64,000 bases of DNA from Mobula hypostoma (lineage: Eukaryota). The stretch lies in the NCBI RefSeq assembly GCF_963921235.1, contig NC_086102.1:44082001-44146000 (forward strand). The letters run 5' to 3'. This document shows, piece by piece, positions 1-13,879 of the stretch. The number at the start of each line of letters is the position of its first letter. Within the stretch, counting starts at the first letter, position 1. Position numbers and translations under genes: made by a program. Under the pieces are notes generated by a model. The model was not told the DNA's origin. It searched no databases and saw only the letters and a program-made list of their open reading frames with translations.

Positions 1-399
1 AGATTGTGCTTCTCTGAAAACATCAATGGTGAGTGCAGTTGATTTTTTTTAAAAAATTCGGCCAAGACTAATGCTGATTATTATTATTATTTTGTGGTGG
101 ATATCCCATAGTCCTTACGTTTCCTGAAAATCCTAAACTATTACATTTACTGCTATTAAGCCTACTGGTTTTGCTTAGACTTCCAAGCAGTGATTCTGTT
201 GATTTTTGTTTTAAATTCATTAGCCGAATTTGGCAGTTTTGGCAGTTGGTCTGTGCAATCAAGTCAATCAAGATTTGAATAGATCAGCAGAAAGCCGTTG
301 ATTAGACAATCAAGATTTGAATAGCTCAGACTCAGCAGAAAGCAGCTGATTGGGCAATCGAAGTCAGGTGACCAAGCATTTTGAAAAGCTCAGATAAAT

Positions 400-3300
400 G
401 GAGGGGTAGCTCAAGTGGAGCAGCCAGCCAGTGAGTGAGTGGGCCAGTGAAGGAGTGGAGCTTTGACTCGAGAGGCTTCCACGAGAAGAGGCGGAGGACA
501 AGCTTGTTCCCAGTTATTCTTTACAATGTCTCCTGAGACGGTAATGTGCCTCTCATGTGAGATGTGGCAGTCTTTGGGGAACTCCTCTCTCCCGCAGAGT
601 CACATCTGCCAGAAGTGCATACGGCTGGGCGATCTGGAAGACCGTGTAAGGAATCTGGAGCAGCACCTGGATGAACTTCGACTCATAAGGGAGAATGAGG
701 CAGTCATAGATGAGAGCTACAGGGAGGTAGTCACACCTAGGCTGTCGGAAGCAGGTCGTTGGGTGACAGTCAGAGGGGGGAAAGCGAAGGTGAGCAGACA
801 GGTAGTGCAGAGCACCACTGTAGCCATTCCCCTGAATAATAAGTTTACCATCCTGGATACTGTTGGTGGGAATGACCGACCAGGTGTGAGCCACGATGGC
901 AGGGCCTCCGGCACTGAGTCTGAGCTGGTGGTGCAGAAGCGTGGGACGGAGAAGAGGAGAGCTGTTGTCATTGGAGATTCTATAGTCAGGGGAGCAGACA
1001 GATTTTGTGGACATGAGGAGGACACTCGCATGGTTTGTTGCCTCCCGGGTGCCAGGGTCCGGGATGTCTCTGACTAGGTGCACGACATCCTGGTACGAGA
1101 GGGAAAGCAACCAGAAGTCGTGATACATGTTGGGACCGATGACATAGGCAGGAAGAGGGATGAGGTCCTGAAGTGTGAGTTTCGGGAAATAGGCAGAAGG
1201 CTAACGAACAGGACCTCAAGGGTGGCATTCTCAGGATTGCTGCTAGGGCTACGTGACAATGATGGTAAGAATTGGAGGAGATGGCAGTTGAATGCATGGC
1301 TGAGGAGTTGGTGCAGGGAGCAGGATTTTAGATTTTTGGATCATTGGGATCTCTTCTGGGGAAGGTGGGACCTGTACAGATTGACTGGGTTACACCTGAA
1401 CTCAAGGGGGAGCAATATCCTAGTGGGTAGGTTCACTGGCATGGTTCGGGAGGGTTTAAACTAATTTGCAAGGGGGATGGGACCCAGAGCGATAGAGTAG
1501 TGGAAGAAGTGCATGGAGTAAAGCCACGTCTAATATATAGAGGGGCTTTGAGGAAAGAGAAGCAGAATAAACGGTGTAAAGGTAGTAAGGTAGAAAGGCT
1601 GAAGTGTGTGTACTTCAATGCAAGAAGCATCAGGAACAAAGGTGATGAATTGAGAGCTTGGATACATACATGGAAGTATGATGTAGTGGCCATTACAGAG
1701 ACTTGGCTGGTACCAGGGCAGGAATGGATTCTCAATATTCCTGGATTTCAGTGCTTTAAAAGGGATAGAGAGGGCAGAAAAAGGAGAGGAGGGGTGGCAT
1801 TACTGGTCAGGGATACTATTATAGCTACAGAAAGGGTGGGTAATGTAGCAGGATCCTCATTTGAGTCAGTATGGGTGGAAGTCAGGAACAGGAAGGGTGC
1901 AGTTACTCTGTTGGGGGTATTCTATAGGCCCCCTGGTAGCAGCAGAGATACAGAGGAGCAGATTGGGAGGCAGATTTTGGAAAGGTGCAAAAATAACAGG
2001 GTTGTTATCATGGACAGGCCAACTAGGGGGAATGCCATACTAGATCTAGTACTAGGTAATGAACCAGGTCAGGTCACAGATCTCTCAGTGGGTGAGCATC
2101 TGGGGGACAGTGACCACCAGTCCTTGGCCTTTAGCATTATCATGGAAAAGGATAGAATCAGAGAAGACAGGAAAAGTTTTAATTGGGGAAGGGCAAATTA
2201 TGAGGCTATAAGGCTAGAACTTGTGGGTGTGAATTGGGATGATGTTTTTGCAGGGAAATGTACTATGGACATGTGGTCGATGTTTAGAGATCTCTTGCAG
2301 GATGTTAGGGATAAATTTGTCCCAGTGAGGAAGATAAAGAATGGTAGGGTGAAGGAACCATGGGTGACAAGTGAGGTGGAAAATCTAGTCAGGTGGAAGA
2401 AGGCAGCATACATGAGGTTCAGGAAGCAGGGATCAGATGGGTCTACTGAGGAATATAGGGAAGCAAGAAAGGAGCTTAAGAAGGGGCTGAGAAGAGCAAG
2501 AAGGGGGCATGAGAAGGTCTTGGCGAGTAGGGTAAAGGAAAACCCCAAGGCATTCTTCAATTATGTGAAGAAGAAAAGGATGACAGGAGTGAAGGTACGA
2601 CCGATTAGAGATAAAGGTGGGAAGATATGCCTGGAGGCTGTGGAAGTGAGCGAGGTCCTCAATGAATACTTCTCTTCGCTATTCACCAATGAGAGGGAAC
2701 TTGATGATGGTGTGGACAATATGAGTGAGGTTGATATTAAGGGAGAGGTGGTGTTGGAGTTGTTAAAATACATCAGGATGGGTAAGTCCCCGGTGGCCTG
2801 ATGGAATATTCCCCAGGCTGCTCCACGAGGCGAGGGAAGAGATTGCTGAGCCTCTGTCTAGGATCTTTATGTCCTTGTTGTCCACGGGAATGGTACCAGA
2901 GGATTGGAGGGAGGCGAAAGTTGTCCCCTTGTTCAAAAAAGGTATTAGGGATAGTCCGGGTAATTATAGACCGGTGAGCCTCACGTCTGTGGTGGGAAAG
3001 CTGCTGGAAAAGATTCTTAGAGATAGGATCTCTGGGTATTTAGAGAATTATGGTCTGATCAGGGACAGTCAGCATGGCTTTGTGAAGGGCAGATCGTGTC
3101 TAACAAGCCTGATAGTTCTTTGAGGAGGTGACCAGGCATATAGATGACGGTAGTGCAGTGGATGTGATCTATGTGGATTTTAGTAAGGAATTTGACAAGG
3201 TTCCACGCGGTAGGCTTATTCAGAAAGTCAAATGGCATGGGATCCAGGGAAGTTTGGCCAGGTGGATTCAGAATTGGCTTGTCTGCAGAAGGCAGAGGGC

Positions 3301-5509
3301 CGTGGTGGAGGGAGTACATGCAGATTGGAGGATTGTGTCTAGTGGTGTCCCACAAGGATCTGGTCTGGGACCTCTACTTTTCGTGATTTTTATTAACGAC
3401 CTGGATGTAGGGGTAGAACGGTGGGTTGGCAAGTTTGCAGATGACACAAAGATTGGTGGTGTTGTAGATAGTGTAGAGGATTGTCAAAGATTGGAGAGAG
3501 ACATTGATAGGATGCAGAAGTGGGCTGAGAAGTGGCAGATGGAGTTCAACCCTGAGAAGTATGAGGTGGTACACTTTGGAAGGACAAACTCCAAGGCAGA
3601 GTACAAAGTAAATGGCAGGATACTTGGTCGTGTGGAGGAGCAGAGGGATCTGGGGGTACATGTCCACAGATCCCTGAAAGTTGCCTCACAGGCAGATAGG
3701 GCAGTTAAGAAAGCTTATGGGGTGTTAGCTTTCATAAGTCGAGGGATAGAGTTTAAGAGTCGCGATATAATGATGCAGCTCTATAAAACTCTGGTTAGGC
3801 CACACTTGGAGTACTGTGTCCAGTTCTGGTCGCCTCACTATAGGAAGGATGTGGAAGCATTGGAAAGGGTACAGAGGAGATTTACCAGGATGCTGCCTGG
3901 TTTAGAGAGTATGCATTATGATCAGAGATTGAAGGAGCTAGGGCTTTACTCTTTGGAGAGAAGGAGGATGAGAGGATGATAGAGGTGTACAAGATAATAA
4001 GAGGAATAGATAAAATGGATAGCCAGCGCCTCTTCCCCAGGGCACCACTGCTCAATACAAGAGGACATGGCTTTCCGCTGAACCGTGTCTACGCCCACCT
4101 GGACAAGCCAGCAAGCACTGTGAGGGTTATGTTTTTTGACTTCTCCAGTGCGTTCAACACCATCCGCCCTGCTCTGCTGGGGGAGAAGCTGACAGCGATG
4201 CAGGTGGATACTTCCCTAGTATCATGGATTCTTGATTACCTGACTGGCAGACCACAGTACGTGTACTTGCAACACTGTGTGTCCGACAGAGTGATCAGCA
4301 GCACTGGGGCTCCACAGGGGACTGTCTTGTCTCCCTTTCTCTTCACCATTCACACCTCAGACTTCAACTACTGCACGGAGTCTTGTCGTCTTCAGAAGTT
4401 TTCGGATGACTCTACCATAGTTTGATGCATCAGCAAGGGAGATGAGGCTGAGAACAGGGCTATGGTAGGAAACTTTGTCACATGGTGTGAGCAGAATTAT
4501 CTGCAGCTTAATGTGAAAAAGACTGAGGAGCTGGTGGTAGACCTGAGGAGAGCTAAGGTAGCAGTGACCCCTGTTTCCATCCAGGGGGTCAGTGTGGACA
4601 TGGTGGAGGTTTACAGATACCTGGGGATACAAATTGACAATAAACTGGACTGGTCAAAGAACACTGAGGGTGTCTACAAGAAGGGCCAGAGCCATCTCTA
4701 TTTCCTGAGGAGACTGAGGTCCTTTAACATCTGCTGTACGATGCTGAGGATGTTCTACGAGTCTGTGGTGGCCAGTGCTATCATGTTTGCTGTTGTGTGC
4801 TGGGGCAGCAGGCTGAGGGTGGCAGACACCAAGAGAACCAACAAACTCATTCGTAAGGCCAGTGATGTTGTGGGGATGGAACTGGACTCTCTCACGGTGG
4901 TGTCTGAAAAGAGGATGCTGTCTAAGTTGCATGCCATCTTGGTCAATGTCTCCCATCCACTACATAATGTACTGGGTGGGCACAGGAGTACATTCAGCCA
5001 GCGACTCATTCCTCCGAGATGCAGCACAGAGCGTCATAGGAAGTCATTACTGCCTGTGACCATCAAACGTTATAACTCCTCCCTTGGGGGGTCAGACATC
5101 CTGAGCCAATAGGCTGGTCCTGGACTTATTTCATAATTTACTGGCATAATTTACATATTACTATTTAACTATATATGGTTCTATTACTAATTATTATTTA
5201 TGGAGCAACTGTAACAAAAAACAATTTCCCCTGGGATTAATAAAGTATGACTATGACTATTTAAGGTAAGGGGTGGGAAGTTCAAGGGGGATATTAGAGG
5301 AAGGTTTTTTACTCAGAGTGTGGTTGGTGCGTGGAATGCACTGCCTGAGTCAGTGGTGGAGGCAAATACACTACTGAAGTTTAAGAGACTACTAGACAGG
5401 TATATGGAGGAATTTAAGGTGGGGCTTATATGGGAGGCAGGGTTTGAGGGTCGGCACAACATTGTGGGCCGAAGGGCCTGTACTGTGCTGTACTATTCTA
5501 TGTTCTATG
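400..5509 (+). mobile_element. Near-full-length decayed CR1 LINE (ORF1 esterase, ORF2 EN+RT), split by a Rex1 insertion at 4075-5260
   Basis: ORF1 526-1464 (Cys-rich N-terminus, VVIGDSIVR SGNH motif, in-frame stop 1075-1077); ORF2 YFNARSIRNK, YRPVSLTS, FADDTK with frameshifts and deletions; 3' end resumes at 5261 and ends in a TTCTATG tail. 5' boundary approximate. Confidence 0.93.
4075..5260 (+). mobile_element. 5'-truncated Rex1/Babar-type LINE nested in CR1
   Basis: FFDFSSAFNTI, GAPQGTVLSPFLF, KFSDDS, YRYLG; AATAAA + (CTATGA)n tail; host reads TRGHGF|KVRG across the insert. Confidence 0.88.
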
Positions 5510-6183
5510 AATTAGTTGAGGTGTTGCATGGTCAGAGTATGATTTCTCCAACTCCTGGTAAAGCCTTGCATCTGTTGTTTGACAGTTTGCCTTTAATAAC
5601 AGTGTATCTTTTGGCATTGTCTGTCTATGTAATGCGAATAGCAGTGGACATTGTGGGTGAGTGTTGTGTTTTTCAGTTGAAAAGCACGCATTTGACGCTG
5701 ATTGCGGGATTGGTGTGTGATTCACATTGTGCGCTGTGAATCGGATGCTCTGTTGGTTTGTTTGTTTGTGCTCTATGTAGCCTGGGTTGTCTCTGATGCT
5801 GTTGACACTGTCACAGTTCACTTCTATATTATATTTATCAAATGCTGTTGCTTGTGAATCAACAGAGGCATTTATAGCAGGCACATAATGCTTGAAACTG
5901 ACTTTTGAACGCCACGCGTCTAGCCTTGCGAATACATACTACCATAGGGTACATGCCTCAGCACCATCACTGAATAACTGAGCCCCACTGTAGCACCAGC
6001 AAGAAAGAATCTCTGGCGCGGCCACTGTACGGAAGCCTGAAGGCGCGCGCGCACACACCGATTCAGGAACAGCTTCTTCCCTGCCATCTGATTTCTAAGT
6101 GGACATTGACCTCATAAACACTTCTTCATTACACACATGAGGCTGTTTAACAAGATAAAATGCTGTTGTGTTACAGAAAAGAT

Positions 6184-7640
6184 ACTGGCATGCGTAGAGG
6201 AATGGCTGGCAGGCAGGAGGCAGCGAGTGGGAATAAAAGAGGCCTTTTCTGAATGTCTACCAGTAACCAGTGGTGTTCCTCAGGGGTCAGTATAACGACT
6301 GCTACTTTTCACATTGTTTGTTAATGATTTGGATAATGGAATTGATGATTTTGTGGCAAAGTTTTCTGATGATAGCTGGAGGAGTAGGTAGTGCTGAGGA
6401 AGCAATGCCATTGCAGCAGGACAGACAAATTGGAAGAATGGGCAAAATAGAGGCAGGTGGAATACAGTGTTGGGAAATGTATGAAAATGCATTTTGGTAA
6501 AAGGAACAATAGTGTGGACTATCATCTAAATGGGGAGAAGGTTCAAACGTCAGAGGTGCAAAGGGACTTAGGAGTCTTCTTGCAAGCACCCCAGAAGGTG
6601 AATTTATAGCTTGGGTCTGTGGTAAAGAAGGCAAATGCAATGTTGGCATTTATTTCAAGGGAAATAGAATATAAAAGCAAGGAGATAATGCTGAGGATTT
6701 ATGAGACACTAGTCAGGCAGCACATGGAATATTGTCAACTGTTCTGGGCCCCATATCTCAGAAAGGAAGTATTGTCATTGGAGAGAGTCCAGAGGAGGTT
6801 CACGAGGATGATTCTGGGAATTTCTCCCTCCCATTCACCTCCCCACTCATCCACGTACACACACAGTCCTCTAATCCCATGATAAGTCATCTCTGCACTC
6901 CAGTGGACTCATGGATTCATATGCACAATAGACCCAAGTTCATATTTTCCTTTATGTGAACCCCCTTCATTTATTACTTTATATTATATTTATAAGAACA
7001 GCATTTTTGGATAGAGGACTAATTTCCTTTCAGTTCCCCAAGCTGGAAGCAAAGCCATAGGAATCAGTCAAAGCCAAAAGAAAGAATCTTTGTCCATTAA
7101 TGGCTTCAACTTATTTTGGACCTCTTGTATAAGAAAGAATGTCCTTGCATTGGAGAGAGTTCAGAGGAGGTTCACAAGAATGATCCTGGGAATTAAAAGG
7201 TTAATATATGAGGTGCCTTTGATTACTTTGGACCTGAATTCGCTAGAGTTTAGAAGAATGTGGGGGGGGGGGTGAAATCTCATTGAAACCTATTGAATAT
7301 TGAAAGGCCCAGATAGGAGTGGACATAGAGAGGATGGTTCCAAGAGTGGGGAGTCTAGGACCAGGGGGCACTGCCTCAGAATACAAGAATATCCCTTTAA
7401 AAGAGAGATAAGGAGTGCTGAATTTGTGGTATTTAGTGCCACAGACAACTGCGGAGGCCAAGTCATTGGGTATATTTAAAGCAGAGGCTGATAGATTCTT
7501 AATTAGTAGGGGTGCCAAAAGTTACAAAGTGAAGGCAGGAGAATGGGTTTGAGAGGGAATATAAATCAGCCTTCATGGAATGGCAGAACTGACTCAATGG
7601 GCTGAATGGCTTAGTTCTCTTTTTATGTCATCTGGTCTTT
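6184..7640 (+). mobile_element. Two old CR1 3' fragments (about 6184-6830 and 7100-7640)
   Basis: KANAMLAFISR, LERVQRRFTRMI motifs and CR1 3' UTR. Confidence 0.8.
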
Positions 7641-7926
7641 GGATTTTCTCAACATCTAAATTGTCATTTCATTTACGAAAGGAACCACTGTGCTTAAATT
7701 AGATATCAGCTATCTCAGGAATCATGACTTGGCTGAAATGCTTTCAACACAGTTTTCTCATTCTGACTCTCTGTAATGCTTCCTGTGTAGTTCATTCTAG
7801 TATAATCTTATTGGTACAAACTGAAGCAGAAATGTTGTAAAAAAAAAAGTTAAGTAGTAGGCAATATTCCTTTTTATGGATACAGCCCTGTAGTGGTAAA
7901 AGTTCTGATTAACTTCTCTATATATT

Positions 7927-8169
7927 CGCAAACAACAGGAATTCTGCAGATGCTGGAAATTCAAGCAACACACATCAAAGTTGCTGGTGAACGCAGAAGG
8001 CCAGGCAGCATCTCTAGGAAGAGGTACAGTCGACGTTTCAGGCCGAGACCCTTCGTCAGGACTAACTGAAGGAAGAGTTAGTAAGAGATTTGAAAGTGGG
8101 ACGGGGAGGGGGCGGTCTCTAGAGATGCTGCCTGGCCTGCTGCGTTCACCATCAACTTTGATGTGTGTT
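7927..8169. mobile_element. Fold-back Penelope pLTR fragment with hammerhead motif
   Basis: ACACACATCAAAGTTG...GCAGCATCTCTAG at the left end, its reverse complement at the right end; minus-strand CTGACGA...GAAACGTC. Confidence 0.8.
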
Positions 8170-8882
8170 TCTCTATATATTGTAAGTTTGGCTTGGAGTT
8201 GGGTAGTAGGAGGGTGGGGTGGTAACTAACTTTATATGATTCTATTATGGGTGCTTTTCCTTAACTTACGAACTGTACATTTGATATGTCTGTTTTGCAC
8301 TGTATAAACCTTTTTTTAAACTTTTTTTTTGCTGCATTGTAAAAACTTTAAAAAATTAATTTTAAAAAATTACGACACAAATACTGAGGAAACATACTAG
8401 CAACATCAAATAACAGGTATATTAAAAGCCTACAAGTTCCACACCTCAGTGAAAGGTAACTGTTTAGTGCTTGGACACTAAAGAATTTTATAGCAGCGTC
8501 AAGCCTTTTCGTCACCCACCACAATAATAGTTCAAAAGGCTGTTAAGATCTAGGAGTAAGAATTCAGTTCAGTGCAATATTTCAGATTTCATATTTCACT
8601 GACATTATCTCAGATATTAATATCTTTGCAGCATTCATCAATATGGCTTCTACAATCAAAGCTGATAATGGCCTGTATTTAAATGCAAGCTACAGAATAT
8701 GCACGAACTGAGTCCGCGTTTCCTGAAGTGGCAGATGTATGTGTACTATAATTCTTGACATATAATGCACATCAGGGATATCAGCTTTGTTTTCCAATGC
8801 ACAACAATGCACATTAATTTTTAAAAATTGCTTCAAGGTCCATTAGTGGGAATCCACTCTTCTACCTTGGCTCGCCCGTAAG

Positions 8883-9413
8883 GTACATGAATTAACACAT
8901 ATGGGCAAAGGGGGTATGATGGGAATAATCGAAAATGAGTGGTATGCGCCAGTATTCCCAGCTTTGGAAGGAAAAATGGTGGTGAACTATATGATTTGTC
9001 AGAGACATAATCCTGAGAAAACACCGTCAGTATCTGCTGCTGCTTGGCCCTCTTCCTAGAAGTAATATGTATATTTCCAAATGGACCTTATGCAGTTATC
9101 CAACTTGTAGAAAGGATGCTGTAAATGTTGCTAAATTTTATTCGAAGAATTTATTCCTAGGTATAGAATGCTTGCGGACATTTCAAGTGACAACGGTGCT
9201 CAATTTACAGGGAAAGTGATACAGGAGTTAGCAAAAACCTTGCAGTGTAAGCATCACTTTGCCTGCCCGTACCACACAGAATCTATGGGGGCAATAGACA
9301 GAGAAAATGGGCCCTAAAAAAACTGTCTGATTAAATTATTTGAAGAAACTGGACCAAACTGGCCAGAGGCAGTTCCACTGGTTCTCATGTCAAAGTGCTG
9401 TACTCCAAACCAC
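8883..9413 (+). mobile_element. Endogenous retrovirus integrase fossil (class I-like)
   Basis: Across frameshifts: VHELTHMGKGGM...EWYAP...YMICQRHNPEK...FQMDLMQL...EFIPRY...ISSDNGAQFTGKV...PYHTESMGAIDRENG...NWPEAVPLVLM, i.e. a decayed HHCC finger and DDE core. Confidence 0.8.
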
Positions 9414-11124
9414 ATTTAGAATATAATACTGTTGGCTCCTTGTCCACCCCAATGGATTTTTTAAAAAATCTATATTCAATGGTAGGCTAGTAATTCTCCT
9501 CTTCATTTGCCAGGTGGAAGAGGATAGAGACAGAGGCTAGTAGGTGATCGATGAAACCAGATAAAGGAACGATGATAGGCAGATGGAACGACATAGGGCA
9601 GCGATGTAAGAGGTAAACAAAGAAAGAGAGGGACTCTGAATGGGAAAGGAAGAGGGCAAAATCAGTTCCCTGAAATTGGGAAGTTCAATATTCATGCTAT
9701 TGGATCGAAGGCTACCCAAGTGGAATTTGAGTTGGTTTGCATTTGGCCTCACTGTAGGAGTGGAGAAGACTGAGAACAACCAGAATGGTGTGGAATGGAA
9801 GTTGAAAGAACGCACAATCAGAAGCTGCAGATGGCTGTTGCAGACAGAGTGCAGGAATTTTGAAAATAGTTGCCTAGTCTACGTTTGATCTTGCCAATAT
9901 AGAGGTCACATTGTGAACACTGATCAGACTAGAGGAGGCACCTGTGAATCTGTCTCACTGGGAAGGGCTGATAAGGTCTCTGGACAGTGGTGAGAGAGGA
10001 TCTTGACAATTTGGAAATATTCTCACAGTGAGGGAAACACTGGAGAAATAATTTTTAAAAACTGCATCCGCTGAACTTATGAAGCAAAAATTGCTGAAGC
10101 ACTCAGCAGGTCAGGGAGCCATCAATTGATCCCTTTTATCACTACGTATTTGTGAAATCCACAAAACAAAATGTTGAATCTTATTCCTCCCTTGCAGCTC
10201 TTTGCATGACAATGACTCAGGACTTTTAACATTCTTTCTGTTTCAGTAAATTTTGAAAAATTCCCAAGAACGTAGCCAAGGACTTCCAGAAGATGGTTTT
10301 CTGGGCTGAAGGTTTTTGCCCAGAAAGTATACCAATGGAACTGGGAAGGCAATGTTGCAACTGTACAAAACAGCTTGTGAGGGAAACCCACAAGGTCAAG
10401 GTTCAATATATGATTATGTCAGTGGACTGACAAGACAGTTGGAGGAAAAAAATCCATGATCAAATCTGTCAACAAACAAAGGCATTCGGTGTTAATAAGT
10501 TACAAACTGATCAATGACATCCAGACTGAAAATGATCCAGTAAGGGCTAAAACTTATCAAGTAAATAAACAATTCCAAGGGTGAAACACAGATGATAGAA
10601 ACTGCACACTGGTGCAATATCTCCAAGGAGTCCATTCTATTGTAAAAACAGAGTTCTTTGCATTCAGGATTGTGAGACTAACTGTCAGAGTCAAAAGGAA
10701 GCTCCTACATCTGGTACAGGGAGAATGGACGAAGTTAGTTCAAAATCGTGTATCAAATTAGTCCCAATCTAAAGGGAATATCCCCACAAACTTGTTCCAG
10801 TAACTGTTGTTAGTAGAGTTAAGCGTTATTACTGAGAATTAGTGTATATAAAGGAGATAAATATAGAAAGTCGGAATACATAGCACACATTCAGTCTCAG
10901 ACACTGTCATTGGAGCTCTGCCAGAAAACATGAGCAACTGGGCAACCAATACTAACCAGATCAAAACATTTCTTTTTCAGTCATTACATTGAGTGGAAAA
11001 ACCAAATCAGGTGACAAAATCTTAGAGGAAAAAAATACTCTCTTCATGATTAATTAGGTTGGTTTAACAGGCATTTCCTCACCCTCATGTATTTGATAAA
11101 GTAGACTCAGGATCACAGTGATTA

Positions 11125-11273
11125 CTACAGAGCAACAGTCCTAACCAGGTTCTGGTATGAGCTACCATGCAGTGCTCCAGAGCATTCCGAATCCTTACTC
11201 GGATTTCCACAACAGGACCAATGTGGATGGCCAGGATGAGTTTTATGTCCATGTCCGCAGCCTTGAAACCCAC
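11125..11273 (-). CDS. TRIM45: TRIM45 coding exon 6 (last, with stop)
   Basis: GGTAG|GT GGG TTT...; GGFQGCGHGHKTHPGHPHWSCCGNPSKDSECSGALHGSSYQNLVRTVAL* (TAG 11127-11125). The six exons total 1695 nt = 564 aa + stop. Confidence 0.95.
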
Positions 11274-12349
11274 CTACCAATCAAAGGCAAAGAGACAGTG
11301 TTGTTAACAGAATAACGCCAGTAAACCTCATGTAAAGCCACGTCAGAAAAACATTTACAGCAATACACGCAAAATGCTGGAGGAACTCAACGGGCCAGGC
11401 AGCATCTATGTAAAGGAAGAAACATTTGAAATTTTTAAAAATCAAGTGCTGCCAGGATAATCAAGGACACGCCCCACCCAGCCAACACACTTTTCGACCC
11501 TCTTCTCTCAGGGAGAAGGCTCAGGAGCTTGAAGACTCGTACGGCCAGATTCGGGAACAGCTTCTTTCCAACTGTGATAAGACTGCTGAACGGATCCTGA
11601 CCTGGATCTGGGCCGTACCCTCCAAATATCTGGACCTGCCTCTCAGTTTTTTTGCGCTATCTGACTTCCCATTTTTCTATTTATGGTTTATAATTTAAAT
11701 TTTTAATATTTACTAATTTTTACTATTTTTAATATTTAATATTTGTAATCCAGGGAGCGGGAAGCGCAGAATCAAATATCACTGTGATGATTGTACGTTC
11801 TAGTATCAATTGTTTGGTGATAATAAAGTATAATCATTTTCATTGTCTTCAAATACATGTTCCATCAAGGACAAAAAAGATTTGGTTCATAAAGTTTCTT
11901 CATGTATAAAATTTCATATAAATATATATTTAACAAATTTACACTTCACATTTTGCCTTGTGGCACCACTTAACACAGGAAAGTCATTTCAAATAATGAG
12001 ATATCCTGTGTCGAAGCACTTGTTTTAGTTCCTTCCCCACCCATCTTGTCAGACTCTTCATTATGTTGAAATCTATGAAGTTCAAAATTTGATGTAAATT
12101 TATTATCGAAGTACATATATGTCACCGTATACAACCATGAAAAAAATCTCTATATTTCTGAATCTGAACTCTGATTTCTGAATAAAATCAGAAAGAAAAA
12201 CCTTCCCTTATTAACCTGTCAATCAGTTCGAACAGAGTCTTCATCCTCACATTCATCGTGTTTCTCTTCCCACAGGTGCGTGACCTGCTGAATGGTTCCA
12301 GCACTTTCTGTTTTTATTTATTAAAGAGAAAAGCATATTGAGTTTCTAA

Positions 12350-13670
12350 GGCAACACACACAAAATGCTGGAGGAAGTCAGCAGGTCAGGCAGCATCCAT
12401 AGAAATGAACAGCCGACATTTTGGGCCAAGACGCTTCCTCAGGACTGGAAAGGAAGCAGGAAGATAACAGAACAAAAAGGGGTGGGGGAGAATAACTAGA
12501 AGGTGATAGGTGAAGCTAGGTGGGTGGGAAAGGTCAAAGGCTGGAGAAGAAGGACTCTGATAGGAGAGAAGAGGGGACGATAAGAGGAAGTGAAGGAGTA
12601 GCACCAAGGGTGGGGGAGGGGCATGTGGGAAGGTTAAGGGAACATGAGAGTAGAGGCAGAAATAGAAGAGGGAAGTGGGGGGGGGGGGATTTTTTTTTTT
12701 AACCAAAGCAGAAATCAATATTCAAGCCATCTGGTTGAAGGCCACCCAGATGGAATATAAGATGTTGTCCCTCCGACCTGAGTGTTGCCTCATTGTGGCA
12801 CAAGAGGAGGCCATGGACCGACATGTTGGAATGGGAATGGGAATCAGAATTAAAATGTTTGGCCACCGTGAATTTCCGCTTTTGCCAGATGGAGTATAGG
12901 TACTTGATAAAGCAATCCCCCAATGGACAACCCCAGCAGATTCACAGGTGAAGCATTACCACCTTGAAGGACTGTTTGGGGCCCTTAATTGAGGTGAGGG
13001 AGGAGGTGAATGGGTAGGTGTAGCACTTAGGCCGCTTGCAGGGTTCGGTGCCAGGAGGGAGATTAGCAGCGAGGCACGAATGGACAAGAGAATCATGGAG
13101 GGAGTGATTCCTGTGGAAAGCAGGGGTGGGTGGGAGAGGAGGTCAAGATGTTGGGTGGTAGGATGCCTTTGGAGATGGCTGCAGTTGTGGAGATTGATGA
13201 GTTGGATGCAGAGGCTAACGGGATGTTAGCGAAGGACAAGAGGAACTCTATCACCGTTAAGGCAGTGGGAAGACGGGGTGAGCGTGAATTTTCGAGAAAT
13301 GGAGGAGGTGTGAGTGAGGACAACATCAATTGTGGAAGAAGGGAAACCCTGCTCCTAGAAGAAGTATAGGTACTTGATAAAGCTCTGATGTTCTGGAAAG
13401 GAAAGTTTCATCCTGGGAATAGATGCAGTTGAGAGGAAGGAACTGAGAAAAGGGAACAGCATTTTTGCAGGAGACAGGGTGGGAAGAGGAATAGTCAAGA
13501 TATTTGTGGAAACTGGTAGGTTTATAAAAGATGTTAGTCAGCAGTTCATCTCCGGAGATGGAGACAGAGAGCTCGAGAAAGGGGAGGAAGATGTCAGAGA
13601 TGGGCCAAGTGAATTTAAGAACAGGGTCGAAGTTGGAGGCAAAGTTGACGAAACTGATGAGTTCAGCATG
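12350..13670 (-). mobile_element. Penelope-like element fragment
   Basis: HFNSDSHSHSNMSVHGLL...EGQHLIFHLGGLQPDGLNIDF; same pLTR as 35.7-36.05 kb. Confidence 0.85.
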
Positions 13671-13879
13671 AATTACTTTTCTATAGATTTGTTAAGTATG
13701 TTTGCAGAAAAAGAATCTCAGGGTTATAAGTGCTGACGTGTGTACTCTGAGGTTTACTTTACAAAGTTGATGAAATTGACAAGCTCAGCATGAATTACTT
13801 TAAACTTGTCCGAAGCACTGAACAAATTCTGCCATAATTTAGATATTAGGGAGGGAAAAACAATATTTGCAGAACAATT

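Noticed and set aside
1-35. Strong donor ATG|GTGAGT at the window start as an exon of a neighbouring gene such as TTF2
   Set aside because: Too short to translate meaningfully; no recognisable TTF2 or VTCN1 exons were found in the window.
5510-6180. Unique-looking stretch with ORFs 5320-5739 and 5498-5884
   Set aside because: No recognisable domain or splice structure; the plus-strand ORF begins in a CR1 3' UTR.
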